The translations under genes were made by a program, and so were the position numbers. 64,000 nucleotides of DNA from a bacterium. GTDB taxonomy: Bacteria; Hydrothermota; UBA3072; JAPDKE01. The stretch is taken from positions 10,881 through 74,880 of the forward strand of contig JAPDKE010000022.1 in assembly GCA_029258725.1 (NCBI GenBank). The letters run 5' to 3'. Shown here piece by piece: positions 18,039-27,900 of this stretch (position 1 is the stretch's first letter; every line of letters begins with the position of its first letter). The notes beneath the pieces are model-generated. The model was given only the letters and a program-made list of their open reading frames with translations, ran no database searches and was not told the origin of the DNA.

Positions 18039-19870
18039 TCACTTCTTTCTCTGCAGGATTAAGAACCTTCTCAGTGCGGGCTCATCTTTAAGAGAAAGCC
18101 ACCGCTTTATAAAATCCTTTTCCCTTACTATTTCAACCAGGGATGCGAGGGTTCTCAGGTAAAAGTTTCTCTCATCAAGGGTTCCTGCCATGACAAATGC
18201 AACATGAACCTTCCCCTCAGGAAACTCAATCCCCTTCCTGCATCTCACTATGAGCATCTCAAATTTCTTCTCTCCCTCTACAATAATATGGGGGATTGCA
18301 AGTCCCTTTCCTATAACCGTTGATGATATTTCCTCCCTTTCTTTAAGCAGTTTTTCTATTTTTTCCCGAGGTATTCCGAGGTGGGAGGAAAGAACCTTTG
18401 AGGAAACTTTTACAAACTCCTCAAAACTCATGGGTCCTTCCAGGTCAAGAATGGGGGAGCGGGAAATGAGCCTGTTGAACCTGTCCTCAAGCATCCTGTC
18501 CCTTTCCATTACAATCTCAAATAACTCCTCCTCCACTCCTTTTCCAAAGATCTCCCTTGCAACTATCTTCCTCATCACATAAACAAGCGCAGACACCCTT
18601 CTTACCCTCTTTTTCACATAAAATCTGTACCAGAGATACCACACAACAAGAAAAACAAAGGAAATGAGCAGCGAAAGGATTCCCATCTCAAATATGAAAA
18701 AGAGGTAAATGATAATGCCGAGCAACTGGAGATATGGATAGAAGGGGGCACGGAATGAAGGCTTGTATTCTTCTATTCCACTCTCGCGCATGATTATAAG
18801 GGAGAAATTCACAAACATGAAGAGCATGAGCATCAGGGTGGAGGCAACCTCAACGAGTACTTTCACAGGGAGAAGCAGGATAACGGCAAGCATGAATCCA
18901 CTTGTGAGAAGGACTGAAACATAGGGTATCCCTGTTCTTGATGTCTTTGCAAACAAAGGTGGGAGAAGCCCATCCCTGCTCATCGCCATGGGAGACCTGG
19001 ATGCGGAGAGAATCCCGGCATTTGCAGTGGTTACAAATGCAAGCATTGCACATACGGCAAGCAGAATTTCTCCCGGTATCCCGCTTACTGCTCTTGCACC
19101 ATGACATATCGGGGTAAGGGAATTCTTTAAGAGTGAAGGCTCAAGAACACCGATTGTTACCCAGACAACAAGAAGATAGATGGCACTTACTATTCCAAAG
19201 GCAAGAAACATCCCGAGAGGAATTATCTTTCCGGGATTCTCAATCTCCTCTGCAACACTTGCTATCTTTGTCAGGCCTCCGTATGAAATAAATATAAGTC
19301 CCGATGTTGTGAGAACAGGTCTTATCCCGTAGGGAATGAAGGGGGTAAAATGAGAAAGGTTTATCTTTTTTAATCCGGTTATGATGTAAAATCCAAGGAG
19401 CCCGAGCATGAGAAACACCAGGAATGTCTGCACCTTCCCGGTGCCCTTCACGGTTTTCAGGTTTATGACGGTGAAGAGGATGCAGAATCCCGCTGCAATG
19501 AGTTTCACCGTCCCGTAGGGAACACCGGGTTTTATGAGTTCCATAAATCCACCTATTCCAATGAGGGCGAAGGCACTTTTTAAGGATATGGAGAGCCAGT
19601 TTGAGAATCCTCCAAGGGTTCCTGCAAGTGGACCGAGGCTTCTCTCTATGAAAAAGTAATCCCCTCCCGCCTTTGGCATTGCAGTTGATAGTTCTGCCTT
19701 TGCAAACATGGTTGGAATCATCATGAGGGAGGCAAGGAGGTAAGAAAGAAGAAGGGAGGGACCAGTATCCTCAAACACTATCCCGGGCAAGACAAAGAGC
19801 CCGGAACTTATCATTGCCCCGGCTGCAATAGAAAAGACCTCAAGAAAACCGAGTTTGCGCTGGAGTCCGA
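18039..19870 (-). CDS. APC-family amino-acid permease fused to a C-terminal PTS EIIA(Fru/Ntr)-type domain
   Basis: About 12 TM segments with the APC signature (FSIAAGAMISSGLFVLPG) and a ~150-aa C-terminal PTS_EIIA_2-like domain (LGKGLAIPHIIVEGEKKFEMLIVRCRKGIEF). The start is unresolved: there is no ATG between the purE stop and TM1, so a GTG/TTG start near 19860-19880 is likely. Confidence 0.65.
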
Positions 19871-20305
19871 TTAAATACGCTCCTTTATTTTTTCGTTCAT
19901 AAGGGCAAGGATTCTTATGGCAGCCATCGCTGCGTTTTTTGGACCCCCCTTCCCCACCCCAACAGAAAGAACAGGAACCCCTCCGGGCATCTGGATTATT
20001 GAAAATAAAGCATCCATTCCAAGGAGGGGTGAGGAGGGTATGGGAACACCTATTACCGGAATCTTCACAATGGATGCTATGAATCCTGGCAGATGAGCGG
20101 CATACCCTGCTCCTGCTATTATGACCTTGCATCCCTCCTCGGCTGCCTTCATTGCCTTTTCTCTTGTTCCATCAGGGTCCCTGTGCGCAGAGGAAACGAC
20201 AACCTCATAGGATACACCATACCTTTCAAGGGTTTCCATGCAGGGCTTCATGTACTCCCTGTCCGATTCACTTCCCATAAAAACATAAACGTCCGCCATC
20301 TCCAC
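19871..20305 (-). CDS. purE: N5-carboxyaminoimidazole ribonucleotide mutase
   Basis: 144 aa with the PurE motifs GSESD, SAHR and GAGYAAHLPG. Confidence 0.9.
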   Translation of the reverse strand: MEMADVYVFMGSESDREYMKPCMETLERYGVSYEVVVSSAHRDPDGTREKAMKAAEEGCKVIIAGAGYAAHLPGFIASIVKIPVIGVPIPSSPLLGMDALFSIIQMPGGVPVLSVGVGKGGPKNAAMAAIRILALMNEKIKERI

Positions 20306-20388
20306 CTCCTTTCCTTTCCATATTATCAGATTTCTTTTTAAATTTCAATCAGGTTGACAATAAGGTATGTTTTTTCGATATTTTAATC

Positions 20389-21576
20389 ATGAGGATAAGG
20401 TTTTTCCTTTTTCTTCTTCTGTTTCTTCTTGTCTATGAGACCGGGCTGGTTGTTTTTACCGATTTTTTAAAAAGACCGCCCTGGGTGGATGAGTGGCATT
20501 TCGTTCCGACGATAAAAAAATTCTGTGAGGAGATAAGTTTAAGGACCATTAAAAATTACGAGGAATACTCCACCCCCCTTCCCTTTATTCTCTATGCCCT
20601 CTGGGGAAGAGCATTTGGCTGTGAACTCATGAGTTTGAGGATTTTCTCACTTATAATAGCATTTCTCACCTACATTTCCTTTTATTTTCTCTCTTTTTCT
20701 CTTCTCAAAAATGAAAAGCTATCCCTTGCACTTACCCTCTTTCTCTCCCTGAACCCATACATGATAGGGCTGAGTGTTTTTGTATATACCGACATGATAA
20801 CCATTTTATTTCTCATTCTTGCCATGTTCGGGATTTTAAGAAAAAATCCCCTTTCTCTGTTTCTCTTTTCTGCCTGTGCCCTTCTTTCAAGACAGTATTC
20901 TGTGTTTTTCCTCACAGGGGCAGGGATTTACTTTCTTGTAAAAGCGATAAAAAATGTTGAAAGAAGGCGTTCTCTCATTATGATATCCGCAATTTTTGCT
21001 TCATGCATTCCCCTGCTATTTCTCTTCTTTTTGTGGAAGGGCCCCTCCCCCATTGGATTTCCCGAAGGAGAGGCAGGTTTCCATATGAATTCCCTCTTCC
21101 TTTACATTCTTCTCTTTCCTGTTTACCTTCTCCCCATCCTTATCTTCAGGTGGAGGTTTATTTACCAGGAGAGAAAAAGGCTTCTTTTTGCTCTTCTCCC
21201 TGCATCTCTTTACTTCTTCTTTCCTGTTACCCCCTCCCCATTTGCCGTGAGATGGAATATCCACACCGTGGGATTTTTCCACAGGTTTCTTTTACACCTT
21301 CTCAAAAACCGGTGGGCTGTCCACTGCGTATTTTTCCTCTTTTTCTGGGCAGGTCTTCTTCTGGTTCATGCGATGCTCAGGGATATTTATTTCCGCATGA
21401 GAAAAAGCATACCTGATATTCCCCTTTTGCTTGACCTGATTACAATTTCCTTCCTCTTTATAATGCCCTTCTCCTATCTCCACTGGGAAAAATACATCAT
21501 TCCCCTTTTACCATTCCTTTCCATCAGGCTTCTTTTTCCATTCCGGGTCTCTGTCAGATGGTTACCCCATGAGTGA
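20389..21576 (+). CDS. GT-C fold membrane glycosyltransferase (GT39/GT83, ArnT/PMT-like)
   Basis: 395 aa and polytopic, with a DE motif in the first extracytoplasmic loop (RPPWVDEWHF), as in ArnT/PMT family enzymes. Confidence 0.55.
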   Translation: MRIRFFLFLLLFLLVYETGLVVFTDFLKRPPWVDEWHFVPTIKKFCEEISLRTIKNYEEYSTPLPFILYALWGRAFGCELMSLRIFSLIIAFLTYISFYFLSFSLLKNEKLSLALTLFLSLNPYMIGLSVFVYTDMITILFLILAMFGILRKNPLSLFLFSACALLSRQYSVFFLTGAGIYFLVKAIKNVERRRSLIMISAIFASCIPLLFLFFLWKGPSPIGFPEGEAGFHMNSLFLYILLFPVYLLPILIFRWRFIYQERKRLLFALLPASLYFFFPVTPSPFAVRWNIHTVGFFHRFLLHLLKNRWAVHCVFFLFFWAGLLLVHAMLRDIYFRMRKSIPDIPLLLDLITISFLFIMPFSYLHWEKYIIPLLPFLSIRLLFPFRVSVRWLPHE

Positions 21577-21643
21577 GAGCACATTTATGCTTGACAATAA
21601 AAAAGTTTTTGGATATGGTATCAAAAACAAAAAGGAGGTGTTG

Positions 21644-22027
21644 ATGAAGGCATTGAGAATTCTCATGCTTGTTGTTGCCCTCGGGATGGCGGTGCTTCCA
21701 GCAGTCCTCTATGCACAGGAGGAGGCATGCGTTGAGGCAAGGATGGATGCACAGAGAGAGGTGAATACCGGAATGTGGTTTGCAATAGGTTTCTTCCTGG
21801 GAGTGGTGGGCTGGCTTATAGCCTATGTAATGGAACCGTCCCCTCCTGCTGCAAAACTCATAGGAGCAGACCCGGAATATGTTGCCGTTTATACCCAGTG
21901 CTACAAGGCAGAGGCAAAGAGACTCCAGGCAGATGCAGCGTTGAAAGGCTGTATAGTATATAATCTTTTAGTGTGCGCATGTTATGCCTGTTACCTTGGA
22001 TTACTCTCCTCATCAACATCCTACTAA
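21644..22027 (+). CDS. Small secreted/membrane protein, hypothetical
   Basis: Start taken at the ATG preceded by AAAAGGAGGTG. It has a signal peptide (MKALRILMLVVALGMAVLPAVLYA) and one further TM helix. Confidence 0.4.
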   Translation: MKALRILMLVVALGMAVLPAVLYAQEEACVEARMDAQREVNTGMWFAIGFFLGVVGWLIAYVMEPSPPAAKLIGADPEYVAVYTQCYKAEAKRLQADAALKGCIVYNLLVCACYACYLGLLSSSTSY

Positions 22028-22651
22028 ATGTTTTTTCTCTTCGCTCTTTTCCTTGCAGATTTTGAAAGATATGTAAAGGTGGATGGTGAGGAAAATCTGA
22101 CAAAGGGGGAGATTTATTACATCTCCCCCTTCCACTTTTATCTGAATGTGAAGGAGCCTTTAAGACAGGTCTTTTTTGAGAGGGGAGATACACTTATCAT
22201 TTATTACCCCCTCCACAAAAGAGCGTTCAAATTTCATCTCCTCAATCCCTTTTCCCTTCCGCTCCTTGCAGAGGTAAAATCTGTTAATATCGCCTTGCTC
22301 CGCCTCGGGATGCGGATCCTCAGGAAAGAAACCAATGGAGAAAGAAACAGATTCATCTGGACCTCATCTGCTGGTGAGTATGTGGAGATTGAAGAGGAAA
22401 AGGGACATATCGTCTATTTCAAATATCTTCACAAAAAAATGGGACTGAAGACAGAGATTAACTTTTCGAAATTCATCAAAATTGAAAATTCATGGATTCC
22501 AACGGAAATTACTGCCACGGGAAGTGGTAGAGGAAAAAGAGTAAGGCAAAAATGGTTATTTTACAATGTCCGGACGGACATTGCCATCCCCGATTCCATA
22601 AAAAATTTCAAAATCCCCCAGGGAATCCCTGTGGAGGTAGGGGAATTATGA
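22028..22651 (+). CDS. Hypothetical protein (possible LolA-like fold)
   Basis: 207 aa with hydrophobic N-terminus, no recognisable motif; tightly packed with neighbours. Confidence 0.3.
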   Translation: MFFLFALFLADFERYVKVDGEENLTKGEIYYISPFHFYLNVKEPLRQVFFERGDTLIIYYPLHKRAFKFHLLNPFSLPLLAEVKSVNIALLRLGMRILRKETNGERNRFIWTSSAGEYVEIEEEKGHIVYFKYLHKKMGLKTEINFSKFIKIENSWIPTEITATGSGRGKRVRQKWLFYNVRTDIAIPDSIKNFKIPQGIPVEVGEL

Positions 22652-23010
22652 TATTCCTGCTTCTTTCCTTTTATGAACCGGGGTTTGAGCCCGCGGTTAA
22701 GATAGAAAAGAAAAAGGAAGAAAGGGAATTCAACGAATACCGTATGCTTACCCTCTCTATCATAAGAATCTATCAGGTTACACTTTCAGGCATCATGGGG
22801 GATGTCTGTGTATTCGAACCCTCATGCTCCCATTATGGTTATCAATCAATAAAAAAATACGGGATTTTCCTGGGTCTCCTTATGACCTTTGACCGTCTTG
22901 AAAGGTGCAGTCCCTTTGCAAGGAGTTACTATCCTGACTTTTACGGTATGGTGTATGTTCCGGGAAGGGGATACAAACTCTACGACCCGCCGGAGGAGAA
23001 CCTGCCATGA
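22648..23010 (+). CDS. yidD: Membrane protein insertion efficiency factor YidD
   Basis: The VFEPSCSHYGYQSIKKYG motif matches the YidD/DUF37 signature. Start taken at the internal ATG that overlaps the upstream stop. Confidence 0.7.
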   Translation: MIFLLLSFYEPGFEPAVKIEKKKEEREFNEYRMLTLSIIRIYQVTLSGIMGDVCVFEPSCSHYGYQSIKKYGIFLGLLMTFDRLERCSPFARSYYPDFYGMVYVPGRGYKLYDPPEENLP

Positions 23011-23699
23011 TAATGCTCTTTTTCTTAACCGAGGTTGAAACTTTCTTAAATCCCTCCCTGGTTCTCAAGTTTGCACAGGAACTTGAAAGAGAAGGGGATA
23101 CATTCCGGGCAATCACGGAGTATAAAAGATATGCATACCTCGTTCCTGAAAAAAGGGACTCTATCTATTTCCATATCGTGCGTCTCTACATGCAGGAAAA
23201 ACTATACCCGAATGCACTTGATGTTCTGATAAAAATAAACAGGAGGGATACGGTATGGGAAAATCTTGCAGGATATCTTCTTCTCAAAACTGGAAATCAT
23301 GAGGAGGCGGGAAAATATCTTCATGGAAAAAAGAGGGCACTTTTCTTTGCATACACCGGAAAATACGACAGTCTCAAACTCATAATCCCTGTTGAACCTC
23401 CGGAGCTAAAGAGCAAACTCTATGCAGCATTTCTCTCTACCATTGTTCCAGGGCTTGGAAGGATGTATGCGGGAAGGGTGGGTGATGGTATCTTCTCTTT
23501 GCTTGCCATTTTTGGAACAGGAATGAATGCATATTACATGTATGAGAAGGGAAACAAACCCCTCTTTTACTTCAATGTTGCCCTTGCGGCCGGGCTTTAT
23601 CTTGGAGACATATACGGTTCCTGGGTTGCCGCAAAGAGGGAAAATGAAAAAAGAAAAAGGAAGTTCATTGAAAAGGTTGAAGAGGAAGTTCTGAAATGA
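23007..23699 (+). CDS. Hypothetical membrane protein with N-terminal TPR-like region and TM2-like Gly-rich helix pair
   Basis: 230 aa; the C-terminal LSTIVPGLGRMYAGRVGDGIFSLLAIFG is reminiscent of TM2-domain signatures. Confidence 0.35.
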   Translation: MIMLFFLTEVETFLNPSLVLKFAQELEREGDTFRAITEYKRYAYLVPEKRDSIYFHIVRLYMQEKLYPNALDVLIKINRRDTVWENLAGYLLLKTGNHEEAGKYLHGKKRALFFAYTGKYDSLKLIIPVEPPELKSKLYAAFLSTIVPGLGRMYAGRVGDGIFSLLAIFGTGMNAYYMYEKGNKPLFYFNVALAAGLYLGDIYGSWVAAKRENEKRKRKFIEKVEEEVLK

Positions 23700-24328
23700 T
23701 GCTGATTTTTTCATTTTTCGCAGATTCACTTTTTTCTCAAAAAGACTTTTACCGGGCAGCCTCAGAATACATGAGACTTGCCTCTGCAGGATTAATTCAT
23801 CCTGCTCAGGGATACCTGCGCGCCGGAGAGTGTTATTTTCTTTCCAGAAGATATAGAAGGGCTCAGGACTTCTTCTCCCTTGCACTTCTCTACGCGGAGG
23901 ATTCCCTTACGGAGAAAGAGGCACAGGAAAAACTGTGCCTTTCGCTCATTCTCTCAAAGAAATACGAAGAGGCACTGATTGCATCCACTGGAAAACTTAA
24001 AGAATACCTTGAGGAATACTTCAATCCTTCAGGAGAGAAAACCGCGGTTTTCCTTTCGGCAATTATTCCAGGCTCGGGGGCAATCCTTGAAGGGGAAGTT
24101 ATAAAAGGGGTTATATCCTTTGCAGTAAACGCATACTTTGCATATTCCACTTATGAGGCATGGAAGGACAGAAACTATATAATGTTTTTCCTGAACGTCT
24201 CCTCTTTCCTGAGATACTACTTCGGTAACCTCCGCTTCACCAGGAGTGTGGTGAGGAAGAAAAAGGAGAAAAAACTTCTTGAGAAAGTGAGAGCCTATAT
24301 TACCTCACAGGTGGAGCAAAACTTTTAA
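23696..24328 (+). CDS. Paralog of the preceding gene (TPR-like + TM2-like membrane domain)
   Basis: 210 aa with the same architecture (LSAIIPGSGAILEGEVIKGVISFAVNAY); ATGA overlap with the upstream gene. Confidence 0.35.
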   Translation: MMLIFSFFADSLFSQKDFYRAASEYMRLASAGLIHPAQGYLRAGECYFLSRRYRRAQDFFSLALLYAEDSLTEKEAQEKLCLSLILSKKYEEALIASTGKLKEYLEEYFNPSGEKTAVFLSAIIPGSGAILEGEVIKGVISFAVNAYFAYSTYEAWKDRNYIMFFLNVSSFLRYYFGNLRFTRSVVRKKKEKKLLEKVRAYITSQVEQNF

Positions 24329-24893
24329 CATCCTCCCTGTTGACCACAAGGCTCCTCACAACTCTTCCAAACGCCTCTCTCTGTCTTTTTGTCACCTTCC
24401 TCGGTGTTATTACTCCCTCCCTGTACACTATCCTGTATCTTATCTCCGGATACACCTTTATTTTTCCACCGACATACCTGAGGGGACATATTCTCAGGGA
24501 GACTATTTTGTATCCGCTTATATTCCCAGTATGTACAAGTTCAACCACATTTTCAGGATATGCCTTTTTTCCTTCATACACCCCAGGGTCAGGAGAAACA
24601 AATCTTCTCTTTACAGGGAATGAAATCGGAACCGGAGGCTGGGCAGGATAAGGGGTATATTTTCCTAGGACGTAGACACCGCTTGTCTCAATCTCTATAT
24701 CCTCAACCCTGGCATCCGGGGGAATTACAAACGAAATAACCTTTGCAGGAAGCATAGGTTTTCCAGTGTCAGTAAGAAAACCAAATCCCTTTATTCTGAA
24801 AAGGTCATATCCCTCAAGTTTTTCTACCCTTACCATACTTTCATCTAAAGTAAACATTCCTCCAACAAAGCCTGAAAAAATAAAGAACAGCAT
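24300..24893 (-). CDS. Stand-alone peptidase C25 (gingipain) propeptide-like domain protein with N-terminal signal anchor
   Basis: 197 aa. GKPMLPAKVISFVIPPDARVEDIEIE ... PDPGVYEGKKAYPENVVELVHTGNISGYKIVSLRICPLRYVGGKIKVYPEIRYRIVY matches the Propeptide_C25 pattern (PVLP...P.Y...yP...v......RG.rv..l.i.P..Y......l.vy..i...v.y). A strong RBS (AAAGGAGGAG) sits 5 nt upstream, immediately after the C25 stop. Confidence 0.5.
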   Translation of the reverse strand: MLFFIFSGFVGGMFTLDESMVRVEKLEGYDLFRIKGFGFLTDTGKPMLPAKVISFVIPPDARVEDIEIETSGVYVLGKYTPYPAQPPVPISFPVKRRFVSPDPGVYEGKKAYPENVVELVHTGNISGYKIVSLRICPLRYVGGKIKVYPEIRYRIVYREGVITPRKVTKRQREAFGRVVRSLVVNREDVKSFAPPVR

Positions 24894-24906
24894 TTTCTCC
24901 TCCTTT

Positions 24907-27900
24907 TTATTTTACAATGACTATCTTCTCTGTATCGGAAACTCTGCCGTTCTCTATTCTCAGGAAGTAAACGCCAGGATGCTCTATGGTGAATTTTGCC
25001 CTGTGATATCCAGCTTTATGAACCCCTCCCTTTATCTTCTTTACCTTCCTCCCAGCACCATCGTACAGGGTGAGACACACATATTCCTTTTGAGGAACGG
25101 TGTAGATAACCGTTACCGCGCCCGCTGAAGGGAGAGGATACACCCTCTCTATACCAAGTCTTAAAGCCACGGGGCCTGTGGACGCCAGAAACGGTCCATA
25201 TACCTTTTTCTTCCCTTCACCCACTGCCCTCAACCTGTAGAAGTAGGTTTTTCCCTTCTCAATATCTGTGTCAAGATAAGAGTATGTATGCCTTCCACTT
25301 CCTCGCCTTCCCGGAATCCGTGCTATAACCCTGTATTCCTTTCCTTTTTCCTTTCTTTCTATTTCCCACCTCTCCGTATTTTCATCCATAACAACCCATC
25401 TGAACATTATTCCTTCCCCGATGAAGTATGCCATAGCAGTTATAAAGTTGAGAGAAAGCGTGGTTTTTGCAAGAATGTATCCTTCATAAGGAAGGAGATT
25501 TTCTCCGGTAACCGTGACAAATACCGTCTCTTCCCTGGAGGGATTGACAGTAAAGACTGCCTCTCCATTTATATCCGTGGTATCTCTAAGATAAACATCA
25601 AAATCTCTGGTGGCAAGTGTAACAAGTGCATCCTCCACCGGAGCCTTTGCCGTGTAAACTTTTACCGTGCACTGATTTGCATTTCCCACCTCAATCTCCG
25701 CAGGATGTGTAACAGAAAGGGCAACAGGAATGTCAGTCCATATCGGTGTCTCAGGGTCTCCAAACAGGGTATGTTCATAAAGAACCCATCTGAAGTAATC
25801 ATCGGATGATGCCGTTGGAACCAGCTGGTCCTTTGCTGCAAAGAACACCTCTCCAAGACGATATAGAGAGGTCCCAAAGAGTTTCCGATAAAACCACACA
25901 CTGAGTTCTCCCGAGGGACCAAGGGCTCCCTCTGGTGACGAGTATCCCCATCCGTACCTTGTGTTCATTCCTGTTCCAATGGCGCAGGAGGTATTTGAGT
26001 TCACCATAACTTCCGCCACACAGTCATATCCCGACGATGAACCAGCCTCATCCAGTGCTCCCATGAAGCATGCTATGGAATTTACAAATATCGTGTTATT
26101 CGCAGGGTTTGTCTGGTTTCCCACATCGGAGTAGTAATAATATATCTCGCTTCCATAATCGTAGTAAATCCCATATTCATTTCCATGCCCCACCCAGTGT
26201 CCTATGCTGAATCCGGAATTTATGGAGTCAAACACAGTATATCGGGAAAGAAGCCCATAATCTTCATAAAGCTTTGCCTTCTTCCATGTATCCGGGACGG
26301 TATCGGCAATTGTGTCATTTATTCCATTCCCATGATTTGTGCTCCAGAGGTTTCCAACAGGAAGCAGTATCTTTCTTATATAATCCGGGTCAGGATTCTT
26401 CTCATAAGCCAGTATCTTCTGGACCATGTTGCTTATCTGGGTTGTATTTTTTACCGGGAATCTTCCCACGTAAACATCCGCATACATATCGACCTGGTCC
26501 GTTGTCTCGCCGTAAACTCCATCCCCATCATAATCCCATGTTCCATCAAGATCTGCATAGTAGAGGTCACATGGAATGGTGTCCTCATCGGAATAGTATC
26601 CGACACCACTTGTCATGCAGTATGCATCCCTTCTGGGCACATACTCCTCACCATGCTCAAAGTCGCACTGCCCTGCAAGGACAACATAAATAACTCCCCT
26701 GTTCACTGCATCTATTATGTAATTCCTTATTTTCTCTGCATTATCGGTTCCGCTGTAATACTTGTATATGGTCTCAACAGGCATTACCGCGGCAGGAACT
26801 CCTTTCTTCGTTTTCCACCATATGAGGTCTGAAAAGGCACTTCTGAATGCCTCAGGAGTTATTATCACATACTCAGTATCCCCTGGCGCTCCTCCACCTC
26901 CTCCACCAGATGCCCAGGAGAAACTCTGGGAATATATATTATCCGTCTCATCACTCTCATCCACGGTATCTGTCGTATCGGCATAGATTTTGAGAGTATG
27001 GGTTCCAGCGGTGAAGGTATCTATGTAATCTTCAACGTATGCATAGTAATTTGGAGGAAGTGTATCACAGTACCATCCTGCTATGGGAATGTCGTCACAA
27101 TAGAGATAAATGTAGAAGTAAAACGCAGTATCAGAACCATTGTTTATTATTGCCCAGTCAATGTAGGTTGTGGAATCCCCCATGAGATTTGGTCCATAAG
27201 TATGTGTGTTGGGTTCAGAAGATGGAACTATAGGACCATCCCATCCGTCAGGAGTATAATAGGTGAGATTTGGCATGCTTGCAGGTTCCCATTCAAGGCT
27301 ATCAATCTCAAATCCCCATCTGGTAACACTGTTATCGCTTTTAAGAACAACCTTCATGTAATTTCCGTCTCCCCAGCTGGTCCAGAAGTTGGTCCCCACA
27401 CTTCCGGTATATGTATTCACAAGATTTCCACTTCCATCGTAAACATATACACTGTCGTAGGAATGTTCTGTTTCAAGCCTTGCAAAGTGAAGTCTCATCC
27501 TTATATCTCCCGCATCCTGTGGTCCGTAAATGAAGTATGCCTGATTAGCATAATCTGGATAGTTGTGGGGAGACTCAACATTGTGCTCACGGAAGAAGTT
27601 GTACCAGTCAGAATACCATCCATAGTCGGTAATACTTCCATCGCTTTTAAGCCTTGTTGCTTCGGTTGGCTGTTTGGTATAATCCTGATTATATGAGGAC
27701 CATTCACTCCACACTCCCCTATGGGTTCCCGTCCAGGTATTGAGCACTGTTGAGGAATCTATGTCATAACAGAAAACCGAATCATAGGAATATTCCGTCT
27801 TTATGGAGTCGTAATAAAATATGAGTTCTCCAATCCAGTCATTTGCAGGACCAGACATGTAAACCGTGGTATCCATGTTATTGAGGTAGGGGTGAGGGGA

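Noticed and set aside
25288-27696. Several 140-230-aa plus-strand ORFs (25288..25809, 26185..26832, 26274..26693, 26998..27696)
   Set aside because: All lie antisense inside the 1162-aa C25 peptidase gene. They are Cys/His/Ile-rich with no motif structure, consistent with frame artefacts in a GC3-biased gene.
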